The notes under the pieces are model-generated. The model was not told where the DNA came from, ran no database searches, and saw nothing but the letters and a program-made list of their open reading frames with translations. Shown piece after piece: positions 25,314 through 37,442 of a DNA stretch of 64,000 nt (its first letter is position 1; each line of letters begins with the position of its first letter). A program made the position numbers and the translations under genes. Location: positions 22,382,001 through 22,446,000 of the forward strand of contig CM119376.1 in the NCBI GenBank assembly GCA_051294905.1. The letters run 5' to 3'. Origin of the DNA: Botryllus schlosseri. Taxonomy: Eukaryota.

Positions 25314-28300
25314 ATGCCAGGTAGACTAAAAGTCAAGATTTTGTCCGGTCGCCACTTACCTGTTATGGACAGAGCCTCAGAGTTGACCGATGCTTTCGTT
25401 GAAGTGAGTATTGCTATGCTTCCCAATTCTGTCTCTGGCTACTGTTTCAGATTAGTAGGATACATCCACGCAGACTCAGCTACAACCAGAGCAACTCCTT
25501 TTATTCAACAGATAAAATTCGGAAGTATCACTCACAAAACTGATGTTTATCCAAAGTCATTAAATCCGTCTTGGAATTCAGAATGGTACACTTTTGAGGT
25601 AAGATATTACTTGATGTCAAGTCAACCGTCATGTTCCTAGTTAACACAGTGTGTTTTAGGTAGACGATGAGCATTTGCAAGACGAGCCTTTGCAAATTCG
25701 TATTCTCGACCATGACACATACAGTTCACATGATGCTATCGGGAAAGTTTACATTGATATTGACCCTTTGTTGTCATCCGACTCAGCAAATGCTATACAT
25801 GGGTGGTTCCCTATTTACGATACTTTACATGGTAAGATGATTTCTTTGATAACCATTGTAGTTTTGTAATGTTTCATATCCATTCTTCTATTCATTAACT
25901 ATACTGTAAAGCTATGACAAATATATTTTGATTTGCTTTCAAGCTAGCAGTGCCGAAGCAATTCAAATAGCCTACTTACTGACCAAAAGAGAGTGCATTT
26001 GATGCTTTTATGACTTTGATGTCTCTGGAAGAGCGTGGTCTCATTTTTCGACAATACTACCGTAAATTTAATGTGTGCCCAAATACCATATCCTCAGTAT
26101 GTTGAAATTAATAAATTATTACATTTGACCGTCATAAATACGGTACTGGAAACACTCTCGAGCATTCCTTTGCTCTAGTAGAGTAGGCTATTGATCAACC
26201 TTAAGCAATCTGTATCATCATTGAGACACTGAGTGACGTCTTGTGGCCTCCAAATTCTGCTTGCACAATTAAATAAGGACTTGATAAATATTAGGGTTGT
26301 GGATTTCATGCTATTATTGTATTTGGTATCTAATTTATATGAGAAGATGTTAAAAATTGTATCATGAGTTCGCCACATCTGGGAGTGATTGCATCTGAAA
26401 TCATAAAAACTGACTGACATTGCGACTAGGGAGTAGTACAGAAATTGATCCAAATATCGGATCACCAAAACTTCTTTTAATATGGGAATTTCGGTATGAT
26501 GTCATGCTTTTGGATCTTGCGATAAATAGTAAAATTCCAATCATTATTGAGCTCATACCAGAGTCCTGAACATAATATGTTATCGTGTCAAAGTAATTTC
26601 AATGACATCAAGTTTCACAAACTGTTGCTCATCAATCAATCAATCACGTTTATTTTGTTATCGTAAGAATAATGAATAGAGAAATGATGAAAAAATGATA
26701 AAAGGACTGCAATAAAGGGAAACAAAATCCTAAAGTTAGCTGCAAACCGTGTACAACATGAAAATGTGTTGAAAATTCAAAAAAAATCATAATCTAATCC
26801 AATAATGAACAAAATATTTTGATAAATAAGGCGAATAATAGCCCTTTAAGAATACAGTAGATCAATAGATATGGAGCTTACGTAACACCACCACTTGACA
26901 TTTGATTTCAAGGTATTCGCGGGGAGATCCAGCTGTCAGTAAAACTGGAATTGTTTGCCGACTTCAATCGCTTCAAAAAGTCATCTTGCGGGATAAAATT
27001 CCTGCGTGGTAAATCGAAGCTAACAATTCTATGTTCTTTTCTCTCGTATCGCCCGATTTATTTCTTTGTAGGTACAGCCACGCCGGAATGTTATCGGATC
27101 TCTGGTATTCAAGGATTTGTGGAGGAACTCATCGTCAGCGAAGATCCGGTTTATCAATGGATTGATAAACTGAGGACACCGCGTGCTACAAACGAAGCAC
27201 GTCAGCGACTTTTTTCACAAGTGTCCGGAGAACTACAGAGAAGAATAGGAATGAAGGTTTCATTTATTCTTCATACGCCATACCATCAGTACGCAAATCC
27301 GATCGGAGATGCACGGTTTTTACACTAAGATTTTATCATAAATTAGCAGTGCTGGTTTTCAAAACATGCAAAAACTACTGACAATTAAAGCAGAAATCAA
27401 AATGTCTGGAAGATATTCAAGCGAGTAGTTTGCAGAATTAGATATAGACAAGGCGTTTCTTATGTTAGTCGATCGCCGGCGAAAGCATTCAAAAATATTG
27501 CAGGATGCATCTTCGCGACTAATGCAGATGAATTGATGGCGGTCAAATTTCCGAAATTGAACATGGTTACCGTGACATGCAACGTTGCTGAGTTCCTACA
27601 TGATAGATTTACTAATAAAATATGTGAATTAATCCAAATACTAATTGGCAACGTCTTTGCAACAGATAATTTTAGCAGTTTGATTTCAAAAATTGTTGAA
27701 GCCTAGTTATGGTTTTCTAAAACACAACCATTTGAATAAGAAGCCTAATTAGTTAAAACACACACGGTACTATGGAGAAGCAGAATGGTACCAAACAGTG
27801 ACCAGCTCTACATTTAGGTTATCGAAATGGGCGGAAATGCCGTTGTCGGTTATCACCAGCACTTTGACATCGAAGGAGAATTCGGTGTTGTAGTACGGGC
27901 GATAGGCACGGCCGTTACTCTGGACACAAATCTTCGAATCGTCACATCGCCCATCCGCCCCACGTGAGTAACTAATGCGATATATGATTTTGGTCATGGC
28001 CTTGGTAGACTTGATGTTGTTTTGCAGAACACCGACTTCTCAGCACAGCTGTTCTCCCGGTAACAATACTCCGTTATCGGAGTCTCCTGTTAAGGTAAGC
28101 TATTGTGTAAGCTATTATGTAAGCTAGCTATTGTGTAAGCTGTTATGTATTCAGTACTTCGGAACCGGTAGATCATCGTCTTTGGATTCAGATACCGCTA
28201 CTGGACCAGGAATCACAGTGTCTCATGCAGGCACTGCTTGGAACACGGCAGGGAATGTTCAGGATATGGCACCGGTAAGCTCCCCTGTAAGTATATGCAC

Positions 28301-31300
28301 ACTAGGGTTGTTCAGATTTGAAAAATTGTCAGAAAACTTCGATGCTTGTGACCCAAATGATGGTTTAGTACATAAAAACACTTTTATGAGCAATTTTGGT
28401 CATCTTCGTCGTGATCTTCTATCCCCGAAAACCCCCCAAAGATCCACCGGGCAATTCTACTTACTACTGGATATGCAATGTTGACCACGTCACCGGTTTA
28501 TAGCTTTTGTGACATCAGTTGAAAACGGCCGTGTAGAGATGATATATTGCAATAAAATAGCCATGATTTCAAAATTGTACTTAACTGCAGTCCCATAAAG
28601 GCCACATGCGTAATGATTTCACTCTGCACAACCTGTCTATCATGCTCATGGGAATCATGTATTGGTTGCACCATTGACATCGGCTTGTTTTGGATCGTAT
28701 ATTGAAGAAGCGCCGTTGGGTTGCAATTTGTGAACAAATACTGATATTCCCAGCTAGTTTTCATCCATAAGATATTATTCAAAGGTATGTAATGTCAGTA
28801 ATACTTTTCTCAACTTCAAATCATCTGTAAAATACCGAGTTATCTTATTTTATGGTAGACTGCAATTTAGTTGAAGAAGAATGCCTGAAACAATGCATCA
28901 ACACAATGTTCAGCGCTTGCCTTATAGATATTCTTGTCATATTCCATACGTTGTCAACCTCTTCAACAGTTAGAAGGACACAGTCCTGCGCTGTGGTAGT
29001 TTCGGGGCGATTTTCTTTCAGATATGGCGGGTGTAGTAGAACCTCATCTAGAGTCGGTAACTTGGAGTGACTAATACACTCAGATAAATATCCTTCCGAA
29101 TAGTGACCAGAATATCAGACCAAATAGTGGACAGACCTGAATCTTGTTCATGGTTGGTCCGCAAAACCCATATCCGCTTTGTTTCAGACTTTCCTCTGCA
29201 ACTAAATTGCAGTCTACCATAAAATAAGATAACTCGGTATTTTACAGATGATTTGAAGTTGAGAAAAGTATTACTGACATTACATACCTTTGAATAATAT
29301 CTTATGGCTGAAAACTAGCTGGGAATATCAGTATTTGTTGACGAATTGCAACCCAACGGCGCTTCTTCAATGTACGATCAAAAACAAGCCGATGTCAATG
29401 GTGCAACCGATACATGATTCCCATGAGCATGATAGACAGTTCATGCAGAGTGAAATCGTTGTGCATGTGGCCTTTATGGGACTGCATTTAAGTACAATTT
29501 TTAAATCATGGCTATTTTATTGCAATATATCATCTCTACACAGCCGTTTTCAACTGATAACGTCACAAAAGCTATAAACCGGTGACGTGGTCAACATTGC
29601 ATATCCAGTAGTAAGGGGAATTGCCCCGTGGATCTTTATGGGGTTTTCCGGGATAGAAGATCACGACGAAGATGACCAAATTTGCTCATAAAAGTGTTTT
29701 TATGTACTAAACCTTCATTTGGGTCACAAGCATCGAAGTTTCCTGACAATTTTTCAAATCTGAACAACCCTAATGCACACCTATAAGATTTCGTGAATTG
29801 CACCTGTGCTATGCAAGCCAATCATTACATTTTGGTGCTAACGAGCAAATTATTATGCCCGCAGGATTCTCCTTTTCTGACAATGACCGAATTCCCTATG
29901 AAGTTCTTGGTTCATATCGGCGGCGTGGTGAGTGCGCATTCTGTGAAGCTTCTTGATAAAATCCATAACCCAGGTATGGTATACTTAAAACTGGACATAT
30001 TTATTCCTGTACTGTGACTTTAATTGCTAAAATTTACCAATATTACATCGAGTGGCACAAATTCCCTTGCCTGTAGATGCTCCGGAGACTCGAGATGCTT
30101 GGTGGAGAGAATTGCGACAAGAGATCAAAAGCCATGCGTTTGCCCTCGAATGCAATGCCATCGTCGGTTATAAAGAATTCACATCCATATGGTATGGTAA
30201 TGAGCTGCTATTGTCGGCACAGGTGCATTTTGTTTAATTGAAAAACTAATGTTGCCTGTTTTGTCTTTGCAGTGATGAATTGATCTTGCTGTCAGCGCAA
30301 GGAACGGCCGCAGTTGTCGATGGCAGCATTTTCACCGTACCTGGCCAGGGAAACGAAGCGCTGTCTCTAAAGGGTCTGTTCTCCTCTGTGCAGAGATATA
30401 AGGATCGTACCATTAAGCACTAGCTGTATTAGCCCACAGTTTGGTGGTCGGAAGTAGCTAAGTAGGTTGTAATTTAAGAAATTGCGTATGGGTGGAATCC
30501 ATTGCCACGTTACTATGAGTGTAACAGCAATTTGATGATGTATTGTTCACTTTTGGTGAAGGCATGGGGAACTCTTGGTTCCTTTATTAAGTAGATGAAG
30601 ACAAATGTGTGCTATATTGCTAATATTTATGGAAGGCATTTTGTGGAGCATCTTCCAAGTTGTCCAGCATCAATATACCTGGGTTGATCGCAGATAAACC
30701 TGTTCCACCGCATTCGGCCGCATTGATTCTTGACGCAAGTAATCCGTTTGAAAAATTCGAGTTTAGGAAGAGGCATAACTCTGGCAGCGGATTTGCCATC
30801 ACCCCACCGAGAATGGTAGCGAGGTGCGTTTTACATGTTGTGAGGTGCGTTTTTTCCAACTAAAACTATCCGTTTAACATGAAGTATTCCAGTAGATCCC
30901 GCGCACTCGAACGCGAGATTGTTTCAAGTTCCATACAGTGCCGATCCGCCTTTTCCTATCAAAGTCGGTTATTCTACCCTTGATCCAACTATTCAGGTAC
31001 CGTTATTTATTGGTACGGTGTCACATAGTTCGTGATTTTATTGTATATGTCTTCTAAAGGTGCCTGAGGTTTTGTTCACAACTATCGATGTCCCTCGAGA
31101 TGTTCACATTACTGGGAAAGGAACTTTGATTCATGCAAGGTCTGTTGCTCTTTTCAATGTAATTGTGATAGCATACTATTTCATGTCGTGCACATTGCAC
31201 CAGATGATGAAATTTGATATGTAATCATTGTTTTGGTTAACTTCACATTTTGTAAGACTTATTTACGTTGAGATGATAATCATGGTCAATTACTTTATCA

Positions 31301-34300
31301 ACTTGTGGTGAAGATTATTGGACACACTTTCACAGCTGCATCAAGCAATATTATGTGTTCCGCCTCATGTCTTTATGTTGATCTAGGTTTTGCCGTAGCA
31401 AAAAGAAATCGCAAGGGGAGTCACATGCTGTAATTGTTGGTGATATCATTCCTTTTATCGAGTATGAACTTCACAAGCAACTGTACAATAAACTCAAGGT
31501 ACCATAGGCCATAAGTCATTTGCGTCTGTGCACTGCACATTTACATCTTCTCAACATATTTTAGCTACGAGGAATGAATGTGTTGTTTGGGTTACAAACC
31601 CGGATAAATGTGGGGGAGAATATTGTGATCGGGACCGCCATCGCCACCGCAGCTTATGTAACAGCCCTACCTGGAAAAACTAGTGAAGATTTTTCTGGTG
31701 AGCGGTGCTTCTTAATCTATGTAGTTGCTCGCACTACTTTGTAATCACCAACCAGGCATAGGCAGGTACCTGCACCACTTCTTGAGTAACTAAATAGCAC
31801 TTGAGCACTTCCGTTGATCCTACCGTGTGAATCACTGAACCATGAGCACCAAATTATTACATCATGGGTATTGGTATAACAAAGGCAATGCGGTTGAAAA
31901 TGCATACTAAACGAAGCGTAGTTACACTATTGTATACGTACCCAAATGATTCTGCATCCGCACACCCCTGGTTACCAATCACTAATCTAGGGTAATTAGT
32001 AGGGCAAGTTTTTGTTGCAGTTAACTCCGCATTTATTTATTTATTTTTTACAAAAGTTGCACTCAAAGACCACATTTTGCTCGGTTGACTGAAAAAAGGT
32101 CAATTTACTGGCTCAGCTCCCGAAATACCCGTACTTCGGTGCTGATTTACGGTGTTTCAGACGAATTTGGCCGTGTATTTCACCAAAACCGAAAATACTG
32201 TCATGAAAAATCGAAAAAGCTGCAAAATGCTGCAAAGAGTTGCATGAAAAAAATGGACAAAAGTTGCAAAAAGTTGCACTATAAGATTCCTTCAAACAGC
32301 TTAAAACAGCATTCTACATATCTTACTAGTATTTAGGAAGCTGCCGGAAGCTGTAAAAAAAGTTGCAAAAACTTGCCCTTAATTAGAGCATCTGTAATTT
32401 TTCTCAGGTCAAAATGTGAGCAAAGTATTGTCAACATGGGAATCGCTCGCTCATATATTTGACGGAGAAGTCGAGAGATGCAAGGATTTTTTCGATCTGC
32501 GTCCAGTAATTTTCATGAAATTAAGTTTTGAAGTCACTCTTCATTGTGTATGTTTGTATTTACAGAATTTACCAATGGGCAGCGCTGCAGAAAACGCCGA
32601 CACCTTATTGCTTAACGTCTCGTCCGAAAGCAGACAATCCCTACCTGTTACGGTAAATCCTACAGTCGCTTGCCTAGGTTTGACTGATTTCTGAAGTGTT
32701 GCATTCAAATATTTTGACAGATTGACGACACTGATGATATAGAACAGTTAAAAGGAATGGTCGATCCTTTGCCGCCAAAAAATTGCTGCATTAGTAATTG
32801 TGCATATGTACCCGGAGTGCGGTCGTTAGTGCGCAACTTGCAGGTATATCAAAAGTTATTTCTAATAGTAGACAACGTAACCGTCACCATAGTATTTTAA
32901 ATGTGTTTGTGCAGACATTTTCCATGTTCTGGCGGGTGCAATATCGAGAGCGTGCTGGGGACCGTGCCTTAAATCGCGGTCTGAAGAATTCGTGCGAGAA
33001 AATGTTCGCTAGCTTGTGGCAGCGTCTCGGGCGGTTATCGCCTTACCTGTCGATTTGCGGAATGAATTTTGACTTGATTGTACCTGAGGACGACGAGATT
33101 CACGTGAGTTCTGTATACTCGCAACATCAGGTTGAATTTTTTGAACTGCTATTAAACTGCTGTATATGACAACCGTTAGGTTTGATACTAAGCCTTTCCT
33201 CGTTGCCACCTGCAATCGCCAACCTTACCCTTTCCTGAATGACTTGGTATTTTATAACCTAACAAATGATACTTTCCCTCAATGAATGAATTTTCCGAAA
33301 TGACATTGATCAGCTCAAGCAGCCTAGTGCAAAATGTCTAAAGCACCGATCAGACCGAATACCAGTTAGAAGTGATCTTTGAATAGAGTATCGACTTTTT
33401 TTTATTGATAAACATGGCAAAGTCAGGATTCTTTCGTCGTGAAGTAACAGTTCTCGTACCCATTGACAAAGAATTGCTGCTAGGTTTACTCAGTGCAGAA
33501 CTTATTTCGTTAAGAAGGACAGTGGTATAAGAGCAGGGCAGCCTTGATTAGAAGCACAATATGGGGAATGTTGGTCAAGTATTTTTCACAAGGTCAGGCA
33601 AATGAAGATAGATCAGCTGTTTAACGATATGTGTCTATGGCGAATGTGTGAACAATATTCGCACCAATATCGACTCAATTTCTCCTTGCTTACAATTCTG
33701 ATACCATAATCACACATTTCTACCACACATCAAACGTCTCACTATCAGAACACCTTGAACTTTGGCAGAACTCTTATCCATGTAGGATTGCAGGTATAGG
33801 CTGTAGAGTGCACTTTTAGGTGGTGACGGTCGGTGATGATACGTAGTGTGTTTACAGTATCGGTGGGTTACGTTCTGATACTTCGGTACTAAGCAGTCTT
33901 TGGTGTACACCTTCAGATGATCAGGTGTTTGCTGTTCGCACTACGCGCGTTAGTATGATGCTGCAGCGGTATCGGCTAAGAGGTGCGAAAGATTGATAAC
34001 TGAGGCAGCGATCTACGAGGAATCATGAGATCCAAATTCAAATGAGGTGCTACCGTGAGCTTTCTCACTACCGTCCGTACCTCACTGAACATTGAATATT
34101 TTACGAAATGTCCGAATCTTTTATTTACATTGTCCATGCTATCCTGTATTATTATACATTGACTGTGACGCAGCAAAATATCGCGTTTGTGTATGATGAT
34201 GGGGGTGACGACCTTTTTGCGTAATAGATACTGTACGTCCATGGCCTATTATACATGCTTCAACATTGCATTTGGCGACATACCTCTTTATCGCTATTGC

Positions 34301-34954
34301 TAGATATGGATCTCGGGAGCTGCTGCAGAATACAAGCCAGTCGCCGGAGTCGGTTATCGCAGTGGCGAGAAAAAGTCATTAATGGAAGACTTGCAATTTC
34401 GTCTGGACATCGACGACGGGAAGAAAACCCCAGACAAGGAGAAACAATCCAAGGGACCGAACCAGTCACCTTTTTCCATCCGCATTCCCAAACCAGATGG
34501 GCTCCACGCTTCCAGCAGCGCAGATGATTCGGTGCTTAGTGGTACCGCTCGGCAGAACGATCGTTCTCGTCACGTCAGTGGCGGCTCTGGCCACGGAACC
34601 GCGACGCGTCACATTGAAATAATTCCGACCAGCCATGTACCAGGGAGGCGCGTAAGACGACACATTGGCTTCGTTAACATATTTCTTATTCGCGAGACCT
34701 CCGCTGTCCGCGGCGGCGACGAAGGCCTGCCCGGTACTGAGCCGCCGCGGGGTACTGGATCGTGTTGGTTCACTCACACTGTTCTTGCAGAGGTGCAAGC
34801 GATGCTACGAGCCCACGTGTCGGCCCTCGGCGGCAACGCGCTCACGTCTTATCGTATCGAACAGATAGCTTTGAGCGAAAGTGTTGCGAAAAACCAAGCT
34901 CTATGTCTAATACATGTATGCGGCGATGCAGTAGTGTGCAGTTCTTTTAGGTAA
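25314..34954 (+). CDS. C2CD5: C2 domain-containing protein 5 (CDP138/KIAA0528 orthologue), ~1015 aa, ~21 coding exons
   Basis: Exons: 25314-25403, 25512-25598, 25660-25831, 26913-27008, 27072-27256, 27818-27963, 28028-28094, 28155-28274, 29865-29973, 30077-30191, 30273-~30373, ~30649-30823, ~30885-30996, 31060-31139, 31387-31498, 31565-31697, 32408-32505, 32566-32652, 32721-32843, 32915-33103, 34304-34954. Boundaries at 30.37-30.89 kb are uncertain. Motifs MPGRLKVKILSGRHLPVMDRAS, GNAVVGY..HFDIEGE, APETRDAWW.ELRQEIKSHA, PFIEYELHKQL and AMLRAHVSALGGNALTSY. Confidence 0.95.
28303..29772. mobile_element. Foldback-like non-autonomous element with ~590-bp terminal inverted repeats, in C2CD5 intron 8
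   Basis: Arms ~28303-28892 and ~29180-29772 are near-identical inverted copies starting TAGGGTTGTTCAGATTTG, around a ~290-bp spacer. Perfect 8-bp TSD ATGCACAC at 28295-28302 and 29773-29780. The ORF track shows twin translations on opposite strands. Confidence 0.92.
32001..32379. mobile_element. MITE in a C2CD5 intron
   Basis: 14-bp TIR AGGGCAAGTTTTTG...CAAAAACTTGCCCT. Flanks TAATTAGT/TAATTAGA (7/8). Internal AAAAGTTGCA repeats. Confidence 0.75.
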
Positions 34955-37442
34955 TTTAGACTCTGTAACGATTTCATTGTGTCCCTTGAAACCCATGCGA
35001 TCGAATATATCCTTCTCGTTTATAATTCAGAGTATGAGGCAGTATGTGCAGGTACAGGTTACCAATTTGCCTTAGTTTAGTTCAGATTATCATTAACGAT
35101 TTTATCAGATCAATGTCACGATAAAAAGGAATGTGGAAGGAATGACCAGGCGGATTCAACCTTTTTGCTATTCACGGCGGCATTTTGGTTACATGTATGA
35201 CTTAAGGCCGCATGCCTATAGTCATGCGCAATGGACCACCTGAACGGCAAATATCCGTATTAAATTGGCTATGGGTGGGGGGGACTTATCGTGGACGGAC
35301 AGCCATTGTTGTGTTATGAGGCATCAATATTTTCTTGGGAAATACGGTACGCACGAACGTTTTAAATTGCAGGCGCCCCTGCAAGCTTTCCGTATGCACC
35401 GAATTCGCGTGTAGCCTAATACTCGCCTAACAATCAACGTACTAAAAGAGGGCGAATTTCGAAGAAAGAGTAAATTTGAGATACCTCGGAGGACATTACG
35501 ATTCTCCTGAAAAAAACAGGCCAAATCCTCTCAAAATAGGGCATATGAAATTCCTAAGTATAACGTAAGTCAATTGTCTTATTTAGTCCAATTAACGCAG
35601 ATCGGTCAAAGTTTAGACTTTGGAGGCAGGTACGGGAGAGACTAGTCTGTTCTGCATCGTTTGGTGGTAGCAGTGTGACATCACCCTCATTAGGAGTGTA
35701 TTTATCCTAATTATTATTGATATTGTGGTAGTACTGTTATTGTTACGTCCAGCACCGAAACAGCGCTCCGTCGAGCCCCCCAAAACCTTGGTCATGTACC
35801 CCCATATCGTGATCAACCGAATTTCTGGGGGGGGGGGGGGGGGGCATGCGTGTCACTATATTGTTACATAAGCACAGGGCGATAATAAAGTGCTGAGAAC
35901 GACCGTTGTAACTCCTATCAAGTTGCCATTAAACGTACTTGAAAACACTTGCTGTCCACAACAACAACAATATTAGTTTATATAAATAACGGATAATAAT
36001 AATGGAGGGACCGTCACATATGTTACCATATTATGCGTTTATATGCGCGATGTGGCAGCAACTAGTCGAACTCCTTCTTTGAATTGAATCCACAAAGTAT
36101 CATAAATACGCCTGATACATCAATTGGTGTCTGCCTGTTTCGTTATCTTTACATGCCGCCGCAACCGAAATATGATTATGCACCGATATTCCACAGTCTA
36201 GCAATTGTCTTCAATCATACATTTGGTTCGCATTTATTCCGGAAATTTCAATCTCATTCTAGATGGGGCATCACTCACATCAGTAGCCTAGTCCAGTACC
36301 CCCAAACTTGCGTTGTATTACGGAAATCTTCATGCATCCGGATAATGTTAATTACGTCAGAAAAATCATCTATCAAAAACCAACCTCCATATTTCGATGC
36401 CTCTTGACAAATTTTACGTAACGTAGAGGCGACAGTAGTTATTGGCTTGTCAGTCACGAAACGTAAGGTTACCTGGTTTTAAATTGCGTTTAACTGTCTC
36501 AACCTACACCAAGTAATAGGTAGGGATGGTGTGAACCTCTGAAAGGTTCAGGTTCGCGTGGACGCGAACCTTTTTGAAAGGTTCTGCGTGAACGCGAACG
36601 TGAACCTGATGACGTCACATGACGTCATATTGCTAATTCCAACCCTACATGTCAGTGGACTGATAGCCTATATTAATGTACACGACTAGGGCCACATAAT
36701 GCGACAATACTCCACTACACATTGACGTTAAAGCGTCGTCAAATGTATCAACTGCGGGGCATTCAAATGACATAATAATCCCATAAAATCAATATTTTCA
36801 GTCGCTTTGCCTACAATTTCGACGAGGACTTGAAAGGGAATATAAGTTTACGCCTTAATAACGGTTTAGGCCTGACCGGACAATGCATGAGTTTTGCGAC
36901 GTTGATATTGAGCAGAGTGTAAAACGGGTTTCTATGTTTTCTACCGATATTACCCCATCAACAAGTTGAACAGCTGTAGCCAACGCCCCAATCGCACGAA
37001 TTTTGTTTTTATGATGCAATAAACATATGAAGTCAAGATTGAACCCGTGCACCTGCTAGATTTGTTACATCAGACAACGATATCAATTTCATCCATTGAT
37101 TGGTTGAATAAGCATCATTCGCTGACTACATGCAGTGTACTTCGCCCATGATGTTGTGTCATTGCGGGTCAAGCTCACTGCAGTGAGTCACTAAACATTC
37201 ACAAACGGAAAGCTGGATATTTTGAGGAAATATTTGCAACAAAGCAAGTAAAATTTTGGTGATTGTCAAGGTACATGCTCGTTTAGTGTTGATTCTTTTC
37301 AGGCTGCCAGCGCCATGCATAGAATGGCCCGCAGTTGAAATGCAATACATTTCAATCAAATATATTACAATGAAGGGAAAATTTCAATATATGGAAAAGG
37401 TTCACAGTGCACTGCAGAACCTACCGAGGTTCGTTTGTGAAC

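Noticed and set aside
28498-29821. Twin ORFs (28498-28782 / 29290-29577 and 28131-28484 / 29636-29821) as duplicated genes
   Set aside because: They are chance translations of the two inverted arms of the foldback element, plus read-through of a C2CD5 exon.
34255-34950. Overlapping alternative-frame and antisense ORFs in the last C2CD5 exon (likewise 22849-23959 and 54206-55188)
   Set aside because: Shadow ORFs of GC-richer real coding exons, with no motifs.
35827-35844. G18 homopolymer as a functional G-quadruplex
   Set aside because: An isolated run in repeat-like intergenic DNA with unreliable length. No supporting context.
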